From positions 13,098-77,097 of the forward strand of contig CANPWU010000004.1 in the NCBI GenBank assembly GCA_947584805.1: 64,000 bases of DNA, given 5' to 3'. The translations under genes and the position numbers were made by a program. Shown piece by piece: positions 45,416 through 56,151 of this stretch. Source of the DNA: an uncultured Clostridia bacterium. GTDB lineage: Bacteria > Bacillota > Clostridia > TANB77 > CAG-508. Under the pieces are notes generated by a model. It did no database searches. It saw nothing but the letters and a program-made list of their open reading frames with translations, and was not told the origin of the DNA. Positions within the stretch are counted from its first letter, which is position 1. The number at the start of each line of letters is the position of its first letter.

Positions 45416-46522
45416 ATGGTTCATATAGAAAAAATTTTAGATGATGCAATAAAACGTGATGCATCAGATGTACACTTAATTTGTGGAAATAAGCCAATGT
45501 TAAGAATAATTAGAGATCTAGTGCCAGCAAATGATACAACAGAATTAACAGAAGATGATATGACTGAAATTTATGATTATTTTATAAGAGGAAATGTAGA
45601 CAAGGATACCGTATTTTCTAAAGTAAGAAAAATTGATATGTCATTTGAATATAAAGATATAAGGTTAAGGGTAAATGTCTCAGCAGAAAATGATATACCA
45701 GTATTTACTTTGAGATTAATAAAGAATAAACTTCCTCCTTATGAGAGCTTAGGAATTCCAGAGATTGTAAGAAAAATGATAGATCAACCACAGGGGTTAA
45801 TATTAGTTACAGGAAAAACTAACTCAGGAAAAACTACTACATTGAATGCTTTAATAAATGAAATAAATGAAAATTCAAATAAGAAAATATTAACTCTAGA
45901 AAACCCAGTAGAATATAGGCATAAATCAAAGCAATCTATTATTGTTCAAAAAGAAGTTGGATTTGGAAAAGATTCACTTTCATTTAGCGATGGTGTAAAA
46001 AACTCTTTAAGGGAAGACTGCGATATTGTTGTAATAGGAGAGATAAGAGATAGAGAGACTATGGATGCAGCTATTGAAACAGCAGAATCTGGACACTTAG
46101 TTATTGGAACTCTTCATACAAAATCTTGTGCAGAAACCTTGGATAGAATGATAGACTTTTATGAAGTAAGAGATCAAGCAAGTATAAAATATTTAATTGC
46201 ATCACTTTTAAAACTTGTTGTTTCTCAAAGATTAATAAAAGGATTAGATGGAAAGCTTGTACTTGTACCTGAAGTAATGGTTGTAGATAATGTTATATCA
46301 GGTTTAATTAGAAAAGAAAAACTTGCAACATCAGAAATAGAAGATGCAATACAAGCTGGAACAGATAAAGGAGATATAAGTTTAATTTCTTCACTTTCTA
46401 AGCTATTTGTACAAGATAGAATTACTCTTGAACAAGCAAAAGCACAAATTGAAGAAAAGAATATAGAGATATTAAATAGAACTATTATGCAAATGAAAAT
46501 AAAGAATGACAGAATAATTTAA
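45416..46522 (+). CDS. pilT: Twitching-motility retraction ATPase PilT
   Basis: Walker A GKTNSGKTT. PilT-length (368 aa). Confidence 0.8.
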   Translation: MVHIEKILDDAIKRDASDVHLICGNKPMLRIIRDLVPANDTTELTEDDMTEIYDYFIRGNVDKDTVFSKVRKIDMSFEYKDIRLRVNVSAENDIPVFTLRLIKNKLPPYESLGIPEIVRKMIDQPQGLILVTGKTNSGKTTTLNALINEINENSNKKILTLENPVEYRHKSKQSIIVQKEVGFGKDSLSFSDGVKNSLREDCDIVVIGEIRDRETMDAAIETAESGHLVIGTLHTKSCAETLDRMIDFYEVRDQASIKYLIASLLKLVVSQRLIKGLDGKLVLVPEVMVVDNVISGLIRKEKLATSEIEDAIQAGTDKGDISLISSLSKLFVQDRITLEQAKAQIEEKNIEILNRTIMQMKIKNDRII

Positions 46523-46540
46523 GCAAAGGGGGTATAAAAA

Positions 46541-47890
46541 ATGCCTATTTATAGATATAAAGCAATGACAGAACACGGAAAAATAGTTACTAATACAATA
46601 GAAGAAAGCAGTAAATATCTTGCATTGCAGAAGTTAAAAAGAAATAATCTTATACCTATAACTGTAGAAAAGTCACTTCAAAGAATAAAATCTAAAACTG
46701 CCATGAGAAAAAATATTGGAGGAATGCAAGATATATTAAGAGATGTAGGCTCTGCTGACCTTTTGCTAAACCGTGAAAGAAAAACTCAAACAAGTTTTGA
46801 AAAATTATATCATGCAATTATGAAATCGGAAAGAATTACTAAAAGAGATATAATAATTTTTACTCAAAATTTTTATTTGCTTAAAAGAGCTAATTTCAAT
46901 AATATACATGCACTAGAAACTATCATAGAAAGTACAGAAAATTTCAGCTTTAGAGGAATTTTAGAGGATATTTTAGCAGGACTAGAAGCTGGAGAAAACA
47001 TGTATACAACAATGGAATATTATGAAGATGTATTTCCTTATCTATATATTAATATGATTAAAGTAGGAGAATTATCTGGAAATCTTACGACAGCTCTTGA
47101 ACAAGCAGTTAAATTTCTAGAGGATAGTGATTCTTTGACTAGAACTTTAAGAAAAATTATAATACCAAATGTAGCACAGTTTATATTAATTTTTATAATG
47201 TTAATTGTAGGAACATTGGTAGCATTACCTACAATACAAAATTTATATGATAGCATGGGTTCACAGCAAGAACTTCCTGCATTAAGCTTATGGTTTTCTG
47301 GAGTTGTAGACTGGATACTACAATATTGGTATATTCCAACAGCTATTATAGTAGGAATAGTTACTTTTATAATTTCGTATATAAATACACCAAAAGGTAA
47401 ATATAATTTCCATTATTTTAAATACAAAATGCCTGTATTTGGACAATTGATTTTTGCAATTGATTTTTCAAGACTACTTAGAGCTATGTTATTGAATTTA
47501 AAAAATGGAATGAGAATACAAGAAGCATTAGAGATAGGAAAAAATATTTCAAAAAATTTAGTAATGCTATCAATAATTGAGGCATCTATAAACAATATTT
47601 TAATTGGACAATCTTGGCTAGAGCCTTTTGAAAGATCTAAAATTGCGACACCAATGATGACTGAAATGTTAAAAATAGGTATGAGTACTGACTTAGTAGA
47701 AATGATGGAAAAACTTTTGGATTATATGGAAATAGATATTAATAACTTGCTTGATAAGACAATTAAGGTTTTGCCACAAATAGTTTATTCACTAGTAGGA
47801 GTAATATTAATTTTCTTCGTACTTGTAGTATTAGTTCCATGTATAACAGTTTACATGGGAGGCTGGCTATTCTCAGCATATGGATTGTAA
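46541..47890 (+). CDS. pilC: Type IV pilus platform protein PilC (GspF family)
   Basis: Two GspF repeats and 3 TM segments. 449 aa. Confidence 0.75.
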   Translation: MPIYRYKAMTEHGKIVTNTIEESSKYLALQKLKRNNLIPITVEKSLQRIKSKTAMRKNIGGMQDILRDVGSADLLLNRERKTQTSFEKLYHAIMKSERITKRDIIIFTQNFYLLKRANFNNIHALETIIESTENFSFRGILEDILAGLEAGENMYTTMEYYEDVFPYLYINMIKVGELSGNLTTALEQAVKFLEDSDSLTRTLRKIIIPNVAQFILIFIMLIVGTLVALPTIQNLYDSMGSQQELPALSLWFSGVVDWILQYWYIPTAIIVGIVTFIISYINTPKGKYNFHYFKYKMPVFGQLIFAIDFSRLLRAMLLNLKNGMRIQEALEIGKNISKNLVMLSIIEASINNILIGQSWLEPFERSKIATPMMTEMLKIGMSTDLVEMMEKLLDYMEIDINNLLDKTIKVLPQIVYSLVGVILIFFVLVVLVPCITVYMGGWLFSAYGL

Positions 47891-47957
47891 TAAAATAAAA
47901 TGTGGGCTTTGAAATCTCTGATTTCATTAACGCCCACTTTTTTATTGCAATAATTTT

Positions 47958-48843
47958 TTAAATTAATTTTATTTTTTTCATTTCTTTTATTAAATTTTCT
48001 TTGCCTTTTTCAGTCATTTCTGTTAACGGTAAACGAGGAATTCCAAAATTATATCCAATTATATTTAAAGCAGCTTTTATTGGAATTGGATTTACTTCTG
48101 AAAATAGAGCAGAAATTAAAGGAATATTTTCTAATTGAATATGTTTTGCTTCTTTTATGTTACCGTTCTAGAAAATTGTGAACCATTTTTGAGACACTTT
48201 TTGGTGCAATATTTGATAAAACAGAAATTACGCCAACTCCTCCCAGTGAAAGAATAGGAAGGGTTTGATCATCATTTCCGCTGTAAATGTATAAATGATC
48301 TTTGCATAGATTTGCAATTTTTGCAACTTGAGATAAGTCTCCACTTGCTTCTTTGATGCCAACAATATTTGAAATTTTTGAAAGTTCTAAGCATGTAGTT
48401 GGTTCAATATTCATACCTGTTCTTGATTTTACGCTATATACTATAATAGGAATGGATACAGACTCAGCAATTGCTTTATAATGAGCAATTAGTCCTTCTT
48501 GTGTGCATTTGTTATAATATGGCGTTACAAGTAAAAGACCGTCTGCACCAACACTTTCCGCATATTGAGACATTTCGATAGAAGATGCAGTATTATTTGC
48601 TCCTGTTCCTGCAATTATGGGTATTCTTTTGTTTGCAACTTCTACTGCAAATTTAATTGCTTGCTTCTTTTCTTCAGTTGTCATAGTCGAGGATTCACCT
48701 GTTGTACCGCAAACTATAATCGCATCAATACCTTCACTGATTTGGTATTCAATAAGTTTTTTAAATTCACTAAAATTAACTCCTGACTTACAAAATGGAG
48801 TTGCAATAGCTGTTCCACAGCCAATGAATAAGGGATGCTTCAT
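47958..48843 (-). CDS. dapA: 4-hydroxy-tetrahydrodipicolinate synthase DapA. The 3' third is frame-shifted by one extra base (plus-strand G48165).
   Basis: DapA motifs are present (GTTGES, Lys region). The C-terminus is restored as ...MVHNFLEGNIKEAKHIQLENIPLISALF... Confidence 0.75.
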
Positions 48844-49153
48844 AAATATTCATTCTCCTTTTTTTGTTAATAATATTATTATATGAATTTATATAATGAT
48901 GTGTTTAAGTTTAAAGCCTACTTTTGGAAGTAATATATATTAATTGGACTTGCTCCTTGTTGGTCGTCTCCTAAGAGAACTGTATAAAGCTTCGCTTTAA
49001 CAGCCTCTAAGTCGCTTCCATGCTACGCGTCGCTACGTAAATTAATATATATTACTTCCAAACGGCTTTTATATAACAATGTTTTTGTAAAAAAAGGTAT
49101 ACTTTTTTAATAATTAGTGTTATACTATATAAGGTTATTAAGGAAAGGAATGA

Positions 49154-50587
49154 ATGAAAATGAACTATTTAAGAAAAACAAAAATTGTATGTACAATAGG
49201 ACCTGCAAGTGAGGATAAGCTTCCAGAGCTTATTAAAACAGGAATGGACGTAGTAAGACTTAATTTTTCACATGGAAGCTATGAAGAACAAAAAGGAAAA
49301 ATTGAAAAGTTTTTTGAAGCAAGAAAAAATGCAGAAAAACCAGTTGCTTTGCTTTTAGATATGCAAGGACCAGAGGTTAGAACAGAAATGCTAGAAAATG
49401 CACCTGTAGAACTAGTAAAGGGAGAAACATTTACTCTTGTTAATGAAGATATTGTTGGAAATAATAAAGAAGTTTCTATAACAGATAAAGAGTTATATAA
49501 AGACGTAAATTTAGGAACGAGAGTTTTAATAGATGATGGATTAATAGAACTTGAAGTTACAGAGATAAAAGGCAAAGACATAGTTTGTAAAGTAATAAAT
49601 GGAGGAAAACTTGGAAACAGAAAGAGTATTAATATTCCAGGAATACATTTAAGCTTGCCAGCTTTAAAAGAAAAAGATATACAAGATTTAAAAGATGGAG
49701 CAAGAGTAGGATTTGATTATATCGCAGGATCTTTTGTAAGAAACAAGGAAGATGTATTAGCTATTAGAAAAGTACTAGATGAAAATGGTGGAAAAGACAT
49801 AAAGATAATTTGCAAAATAGAGAATCAAGAAGGATTAGATAACTTAGAAGAAATACTTGATAATTCAGATGGAATAATGGTTGCAAGAGGAGACTTGGGA
49901 GTAGAGATACCATATCATAAAGTTCCAATTGCTCAAAAAGATATTATAAAATTATGCAACAGAAAAGGAAAAGCAGTTATTACAGCAACTCAAATGCTAG
50001 AATCTATGACACATAGCCCAAGACCAACAAGAGCAGAAGTAAGCGATGTTGCAAATGCTATTTATGATAGAACAGGTGCAATAATGCTTTCTGGTGAATG
50101 TGCAACAGGAGAATATCCAGTAGAATGTGTACAAACAATGGTAAATATTTCAGAAACTATTGAAAATCAGATAAAATATTGGGAAAGATTTAATAATAAA
50201 TATCAAAAACTTGAAACCGATGATTTAGAGTATAACGTTAATTATGCTGTATGTAGAATGGCAAAAAAAGTTAATGCAAAAGCTGTTGTTGCTTATACAA
50301 ACACAGGTAATACTGCAAGATATTTATCAGGACTTGGAATAAAATGCCCAGTATTTGCTGTAACATCAAATGAGAAAACATATAATCAATTAGCATTAAT
50401 TTGGAATGTTTTCCCAATATTATTACCAGAACAAAAAACTATAGAAGATTTATTGGAAATCGGACTTCAAAAACTTGAAAAAGATGGATATCTTGAAAAG
50501 GGTGATAGAGTAATAATTGCAGGTGGATCAAAAATACTTCCAACAAGGGAAAATAGCAAAGTTATTGGCGGAATTGTAGAAATTTAA
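49154..50587 (+). CDS. pyk: Pyruvate kinase
   Basis: TKIVCTIGPAS N-terminus and a MVARGDLGVEIP motif. 477 aa. Confidence 0.85.
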   Translation: MKMNYLRKTKIVCTIGPASEDKLPELIKTGMDVVRLNFSHGSYEEQKGKIEKFFEARKNAEKPVALLLDMQGPEVRTEMLENAPVELVKGETFTLVNEDIVGNNKEVSITDKELYKDVNLGTRVLIDDGLIELEVTEIKGKDIVCKVINGGKLGNRKSINIPGIHLSLPALKEKDIQDLKDGARVGFDYIAGSFVRNKEDVLAIRKVLDENGGKDIKIICKIENQEGLDNLEEILDNSDGIMVARGDLGVEIPYHKVPIAQKDIIKLCNRKGKAVITATQMLESMTHSPRPTRAEVSDVANAIYDRTGAIMLSGECATGEYPVECVQTMVNISETIENQIKYWERFNNKYQKLETDDLEYNVNYAVCRMAKKVNAKAVVAYTNTGNTARYLSGLGIKCPVFAVTSNEKTYNQLALIWNVFPILLPEQKTIEDLLEIGLQKLEKDGYLEKGDRVIIAGGSKILPTRENSKVIGGIVEI

Positions 50588-50596
50588 GTAAAACAC

Positions 50597-50625
50597 TTGA
50601 CAGTTCGGTAATTTTTTAGTATAAT
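50597..50625 (+). promoter_or_regulatory. Consensus sigma-A promoter TTGACA-17-TATAAT upstream of rpmF
   Basis: Perfect hexamers with 17-bp spacing sit 68 bp upstream of the L32 start. Confidence 0.6.
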
Positions 50626-50693
50626 ATTTAAGCATTGTTTAGAAAAAATAAGCAAGAAATAGATTAAGTCGTAATAAAAAGGAGGTAATTGAA

Positions 50694-50882
50694 ATGGCAC
50701 AACCAAAAAGAAGATGGTCAAAAGCAAGAACAGGATTAAGAAGATCTACATGGAAAGTAGAAAAACCAAGTATTGCGACTTGCCCACATTGTCATGAGCC
50801 TGTATTACCACACAGAGCTTGTACTAACTGTGGATATTATAACGGAAAACAAGCTATATCAGTAGAAGAAGAAAATGCATAA
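50694..50882 (+). CDS. rpmF: 50S ribosomal protein L32
   Basis: MAQPKRRWSKARTGLRR...CPHCHE...CTNCGYYNG zinc-ribbon L32 signature. Confidence 0.85.
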   Translation: MAQPKRRWSKARTGLRRSTWKVEKPSIATCPHCHEPVLPHRACTNCGYYNGKQAISVEEENA

Positions 50883-51026
50883 GATTGACCGAATTTAAAG
50901 AGAAATAAAGAAACTTTAATTGTTAAAAAATAGCAATTAAAGTTCTTTTTTTTTTGTGCATTTTGTCACAAAACGCCTAAGATTACATAACATATACTAT
51001 AACCAAAATAAAGGGAGGAATAAAAT

Positions 51027-51374
51027 ATGTGTAATTGTAGACGTAGAAAATGTTGCTGCTTTAATAATAATTGCAAAAATGATAATAACGAATATGAAAC
51101 ATTATGTAGTAACATACCAAGCTACGATGAAAGTTATAACAATAATTGTGGTTGCGGTTTTGACGAAGAAGATGATGGCTTTCCTACAAATCCTATGTTT
51201 GCACAAAGCTATGTGCCAATGCAATATATGAATGACACTTATATGCCTTGTTCAGGATTAAAAAAAGGAACAATATTTCCAGAACTTGTATCTGAATATT
51301 GCCCAGGACAGTTAATGGCAACAAATCAGTATATTATGGATACAAACGAGATAAAGGAGGGCTGTAACAGATGA
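51027..51374 (+). CDS. cotJA: Spore coat protein CotJA, with a Cys-rich N-terminal extension
   Basis: Conserved CotJA core ...PMFAQSYVPMQY.... It is the first gene of the cotJ operon. Confidence 0.6.
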   Translation: MCNCRRRKCCCFNNNCKNDNNEYETLCSNIPSYDESYNNNCGCGFDEEDDGFPTNPMFAQSYVPMQYMNDTYMPCSGLKKGTIFPELVSEYCPGQLMATNQYIMDTNEIKEGCNR

Positions 51375-51697
51375 ATGAAGATATGGAATATAACAATTCA
51401 TTAGATGATATAGAATCAAGAGTCGCTTGTTCTTGTATGCATGAAAATGAAGATACACGTGAAGAATTAATACACCAAATAAAATGCTATAATTTTGCAA
51501 TAATTGAACTTGGATTATATTTAGATACTCACCCAAATGATGAAAGAGCTCTTTGCTTGCATAATAGTTATTGCAAAACTTATAAAGATCTAAAGGATAA
51601 ATATCAAAAAGTATATGGCCCACTTACAATATATTATCCTTGCAACAAATGGCGCTGGCTTGAAGAACCATGGCCATGGGAAGGAGGTAATTTCTAA
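51371..51697 (+). CDS. cotJB: Spore coat protein CotJB
   Basis: CotJB family residues (YNFAIIELGLYLDTHPND). Confidence 0.7.
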   Translation: MNEDMEYNNSLDDIESRVACSCMHENEDTREELIHQIKCYNFAIIELGLYLDTHPNDERALCLHNSYCKTYKDLKDKYQKVYGPLTIYYPCNKWRWLEEPWPWEGGNF

Positions 51698-51891
51698 TGT
51701 GGACTTATGATAAGATTTTGGAATATCCAATAAATATAAAAGAAACAAATACAGAACTTGCTAAAGTAATTATATCTCAATATGGTGGACCAGATGGAGA
51801 GCTTGCAGCTTCACTTAGATATTTATCTCAAAAATTTGGTATGCCAGACCAAAAAGCAAAAGCAATATTAAATGATATTGGTACAGAAGAA
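51697..51891 (+). CDS. cotJC: CotJC (Mn-catalase-family spore coat protein), 5' portion only (aa 1-65). It is split by the intervening element.
   Basis: MWTYDKILEYP...QYGGPDGELAASLRYL...DIGTEE matches the CotJC N-terminus. The reading frame then hits TGA inside the element. Confidence 0.75.
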
Positions 51892-51897
51892 TGAGAT

Positions 51898-51911
51898 CCA
51901 AAATGTTATCA
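51898..51911. repeat. Left terminal inverted repeat of the cotJC-intervening element
   Basis: CCAAAAtgTTATCA, versus the reverse complement of the right end CCAAAAccTTATCA (12/14 match). Confidence 0.6.
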
Positions 51912-52010
51912 ATAAGATTATTTATTATAAATAAATTTTCCTAAAATATTATTGACTTTTTTCTGTATTTATTATAATTTAATAGTAGAAGATAGAAAGG
52001 ATAAAAATCA

Positions 52011-52356
52011 AATGATACAAGAATTTTATAAAAAAATAAATGGAAATTATGAAGTAGCAATTTCAAGAATGCAAAATGATGAAAGAATAAAAAAATATCT
52101 TAACTTTTTTCTAATGGATGAGTCATACAAAAGCCTAGAAGAAGGTATGAATTCTAATGATTGTGAAATGGCATTTAGAGGTGCACATACTTTAAAAGGA
52201 GTTTGCCAAAATATGGCATTTACATATCTTAGTACAATTGTAGAACAAATAACAGAAGAATTAAGAGCAAAAGATATTGAAAAAGCAAAATTAACTTTTA
52301 AGAAAGTAAAAGAAGAATATGAAAAAGTAATTGAAGAAATTCATAAAATTATGTAA
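52011..52356 (+). CDS. Hpt (histidine phosphotransfer) domain protein. The likely start is MIQEFYKK.
   Basis: 'RGAHTLKGVCQNM' contains the Hpt His motif (HxxKG). 115-134 aa. Confidence 0.55.
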
Positions 52357-52405
52357 AAATCAATTTGATAATAAGTATAAAAAATAAAAATGAAGGGAAG
52401 TTTTT

Positions 52406-53494
52406 ATGGAAGAAAGAGACACAATACTAATTGTAGATGACGTTATGATAAATAGAGAATTATTAAAAGACATATTTGAAAAAGGAGAATATGAACTATT
52501 AGAAGCAAAAGATGGAGAAGAAGCGATTGAAATACTAGAAGAAAACAAAGAAAAAATAGTTTTAATATTTTTGGATTTAGTAATGCCAAAGAAAAACGGC
52601 TTAGAAGTACTCCACCATATGTCGCTTAACAATATGATAAATACAATACCAGTTATTATGATAACAGGGGAAGCAACAGTTGAAAGTGATGTAAAAGCAT
52701 ATGAACTTGGAGCAGCAGATATTATATATAAGCCATTTGAACCTGCTGTTGTAACACGTAGAGCAAAAAACATTATAGAACTATATAAGCACAGAACTTT
52801 TATGGAAAAAGAGTTAGAAGCCAGAAACCAAGAATTACTTGAAAGCAAAAAACAAATAGAAAATAGTAATACTTTTTTAATTAATGCATTAAGTTCAGTT
52901 GTAGAGTTTAGAAGCTTAGAATCAGGAGAACATATTCAAAGAGTAAAGAAATTTACAGAAATTATGCTAAGACATTGGAGAGCATTATATGGGGAAAAAC
53001 AATTTTCAAATGAACAAATTGAACTAATAGTTAATGCATCTGCACTTCATGATATTGGAAAAATAGCAATACCAGATAATATACTTTTAAAATCAGGAAG
53101 GTTAACAGATGAAGAATATGCAGAAATGAAAAAGCATACTATTTATGGCTGTCAAATGTTAGAAAAGTTCAAACAAGAAGAAAATGAGTTTTATCGCTAT
53201 TGTTATGATATTTGTCGTTATCATCATGAAAGATATGATGGAAGAGGATATCCAGACGGACTAGTAGGTGATGCTATTCCTGTGTGGGCGCAAATTGTAG
53301 CTGTAGTAGATGTTTATGATGCACTTGTAAGTAAAAGAGTATATAAAGCTTCTTTCACAATACAAGAAACATATCGTATGATAAATGATGGTGAATGTGG
53401 AATATTTTCACCAAAGTTATTAAAATGTTTTAATGATGCAAAAGAAGATATTATAGCAAACACCTCAAAAGAACAAATGGGGGAGGAGAATTAA
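52406..53494 (+). CDS. Response regulator with a receiver domain fused to an HD-GYP c-di-GMP phosphodiesterase domain
   Basis: REC domain (D in LIFLDLVMP, K in IYKP). HD-GYP domain with HDIGK...HHERYDGRGYP. Confidence 0.75.
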   Translation: MEERDTILIVDDVMINRELLKDIFEKGEYELLEAKDGEEAIEILEENKEKIVLIFLDLVMPKKNGLEVLHHMSLNNMINTIPVIMITGEATVESDVKAYELGAADIIYKPFEPAVVTRRAKNIIELYKHRTFMEKELEARNQELLESKKQIENSNTFLINALSSVVEFRSLESGEHIQRVKKFTEIMLRHWRALYGEKQFSNEQIELIVNASALHDIGKIAIPDNILLKSGRLTDEEYAEMKKHTIYGCQMLEKFKQEENEFYRYCYDICRYHHERYDGRGYPDGLVGDAIPVWAQIVAVVDVYDALVSKRVYKASFTIQETYRMINDGECGIFSPKLLKCFNDAKEDIIANTSKEQMGEEN

Positions 53495-53497
53495 AAT

Positions 53498-56125
53498 TTG
53501 AATACAAATATAAAAGAAAAAGCAAGAATAAAAATAGATAAAAATATAAAAGAAAAAGCTAAAAAAATTAAAAGAAGTAATTTAGTAATTATTATTGTAA
53601 TGATAATTACAGTAATAGCTATTTATTATTCATATCACTTATTTTCATCATTTCTTACTGATAGACTTGTTCAGACAGCACTTCGTAATATGCGAGAAAT
53701 TTCTAGACATGATGAACAATCAATTGTTTCTGGATTAGAGCATAGATGGACTGCTGTACAAGGAATTGCTAAAGAGATCAGACAAGATAAGTTTAAAACA
53801 ACGTCAGAAATGTTACAGCAATTAAATATTAAATCAGAATCTGAGGGAAATACCGAAATTGCCTTAATAACAGAAGAAGGAAAAGTTTTTAGTAGTACAT
53901 ATTCTGTAAAATATGATAAAGAATTATTAGAACTATGTCAGAGTTCATCAAAAGATAAGTTTGTATATAGAAAAGATGTTAATATAGATTCAGTGGCTGA
54001 TGTACATAAAGCAACACTACTTATAGGAACAAAAATAGAACCTTTTACAATAGATGGAAATCGTTTTATATATGCAATTGGTTATTATGAAATTGGAAGT
54101 TTAAAAGATGAACTTAAAATTGAAAGCTATGGAGGTGAAGGCTACAGTAGCGTTATAGATAAAGATGGATTTTTTTTAGTATCAATATATAATAATAACA
54201 ACATATTTGAAAGAGAGGATTTTTATACAGCAATAAGTAAAGAAGGTCTTACAAATGGCTTAACATTAGAAGAGATTCGTAACAAAATTGAAGCAAGAGA
54301 AAGTTTTTCTCTAGAATATATATTAGAAGGTCAGAAGCGTATAATGGTATGCACACCAATGCAAGATGTTGATTGGTATTGCATTATGTCTGTGCCACTT
54401 TCTACTTATCAAGAACAAAGTATAGAATTATTGCAAACGCTAACTATATTACTAGGAGCAATATTAATAACAGTTGCTATTGTTATAATTTTAATATTTA
54501 GAAATCATTCACAAAGAAGTTCAATGAGATTTGAAATAAAACATAGAGATGAATTGGAGTCAGCATTAGCATTAGCAGAACAAGCCAATAGAGCCAAAAC
54601 TACTTTCTTAAATAATATGTCTCATGATATTCGCACGCCAATGAATGCAATTATTGGCTATACTTCACTTGCAATAACACATATAGACAACAAAGAACGT
54701 GTAGTAGATTATTTGGATAAAATAAGTCAATCTTCAAATCATTTATTATCTTTAATAAATGATGTATTAGATATGAGTAGAATAGAATCGGGAAAAGTAA
54801 ATATAGAAGAAAAAGAAGAAAACTTAGCAGATATACTTCATTCTATTAAAAATATTATACAAGCAGATGTAAATGCAAAACAAATGGAATTTATTATTGA
54901 CACAGTAGATATAACAGATGAAAATATATATTGTGATAAATTACGACTTAACCAAATACTAATAAATCTTCTATCAAATTCAATAAAATTTACTGAACCA
55001 GGAGGAAAAATATCTGTAAGAATTACACAAAAACCATTATCTAAAAAAGGATATGGTATTTATGAATTTAGAGTAAAAGATAATGGAATTGGAATTAGCG
55101 AAGAATTTTTAAAAGAAATATTTGAACCATTTGCAAGAGAACGCAACTCAACAGTAAGTGGCATTCAAGGAACAGGTCTTGGAATGTCAATTACTAAAAA
55201 TATAGTAGACATGATGGGCGGAAGCATAGAAGTACAAAGCAAAGTTGGAGAAGGCACAGAATTTATTGTAACATTGGAATTTAGATTACAGGAAGCACAC
55301 AAAGAAATTGAAGAAATAGAACATCTAAAAGATGTACGTGCTTTAGTTGTTGATGATGATATGAATTCTTGCCAAAGCATTGCACACATGTTAAGAAAAT
55401 TTGGATTAAAATCAGAATGGACAATGTATGGAAAAGAAGCGGTTGCACGTACAAAAGAAGCAGATCAATTAAAAGAGCAATATCAAATTTACATTATAGA
55501 TTGGTTAATGCCAGATATGAATGGAATAGAAACAACAAGGAGAATACGCAAAATAGTAGGAAAAAATCCGCCAATTATAATGCTTTCTGCTTATGATTGG
55601 GGAGAAGTTGAGCAAGAAGCAAAAGAAGCAGGTGTAACAGAGTTTATTAGTAAACCATTATTCCCATCAGACTTAAGAAGTATACTTTTAAAAGTTTCAG
55701 GAATGGAGTTAAATGAAGAAAAGAAAGAAGAAAGAGTTGATTTCTCAGGAAAAAGAATTCTTCTTGTAGAAGATAATATGATGAATAGAGAAATTGCAAC
55801 AGAATATTTGCAAGACTTCGGCTTTTTAGTTGAAAATGCTGAAAACGGACAACAGGCTTGTGACATCTTAGAAAATTCTGATCCAGGATATTTTGATATT
55901 GTATTAATGGATATACAAATGCCTATTATGAATGGATATGAAGCAACAAAAACAATACGTAAATTTAAAAATAAAAAAATAGCCAATATTCCTATTTTAG
56001 CAATGACAGCAAATGCATTTGAAGAAGATAAAAAGGCAGCAAAAGAAGCGGGAATGAATGGACATTTAGCAAAGCCAATAGATGTTCCAAAATTAATAGA
56101 AGAATTAAAGAAAATTTTAAAATAA
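53498..56125 (+). CDS. Hybrid sensor histidine kinase: TM, ~260-aa extracytoplasmic Cache-like sensor, TM, HisKA, HATPase_c, REC, REC
   Basis: H-box NMSHDIRTPMNAI. G-boxes are present. There are two receiver domains (VVDDD..., LVEDN...DIQMP). Confidence 0.75.
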   Translation: MNTNIKEKARIKIDKNIKEKAKKIKRSNLVIIIVMIITVIAIYYSYHLFSSFLTDRLVQTALRNMREISRHDEQSIVSGLEHRWTAVQGIAKEIRQDKFKTTSEMLQQLNIKSESEGNTEIALITEEGKVFSSTYSVKYDKELLELCQSSSKDKFVYRKDVNIDSVADVHKATLLIGTKIEPFTIDGNRFIYAIGYYEIGSLKDELKIESYGGEGYSSVIDKDGFFLVSIYNNNNIFEREDFYTAISKEGLTNGLTLEEIRNKIEARESFSLEYILEGQKRIMVCTPMQDVDWYCIMSVPLSTYQEQSIELLQTLTILLGAILITVAIVIILIFRNHSQRSSMRFEIKHRDELESALALAEQANRAKTTFLNNMSHDIRTPMNAIIGYTSLAITHIDNKERVVDYLDKISQSSNHLLSLINDVLDMSRIESGKVNIEEKEENLADILHSIKNIIQADVNAKQMEFIIDTVDITDENIYCDKLRLNQILINLLSNSIKFTEPGGKISVRITQKPLSKKGYGIYEFRVKDNGIGISEEFLKEIFEPFARERNSTVSGIQGTGLGMSITKNIVDMMGGSIEVQSKVGEGTEFIVTLEFRLQEAHKEIEEIEHLKDVRALVVDDDMNSCQSIAHMLRKFGLKSEWTMYGKEAVARTKEADQLKEQYQIYIIDWLMPDMNGIETTRRIRKIVGKNPPIIMLSAYDWGEVEQEAKEAGVTEFISKPLFPSDLRSILLKVSGMELNEEKKEERVDFSGKRILLVEDNMMNREIATEYLQDFGFLVENAENGQQACDILENSDPGYFDIVLMDIQMPIMNGYEATKTIRKFKNKKIANIPILAMTANAFEEDKKAAKEAGMNGHLAKPIDVPKLIEELKKILK

Positions 56126-56151
56126 AATATATTATAATAGGAGAAAATAAA

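Noticed and set aside
50956-51231. 91-aa ORF overlapping the cotJA start in another frame
   Set aside because: It lacks an RBS and is a low-complexity translation. cotJA in the adjacent frame has a family-typical sequence.
51894-52011. cotJC truncation interpreted as a simple nonsense or deletion pseudogene
   Set aside because: The missing 3' part of cotJC is present intact 7.6 kb downstream in the same orientation and frame-compatible. It is flanked by inverted repeats and a serine recombinase. An intervening element explains this better than decay.
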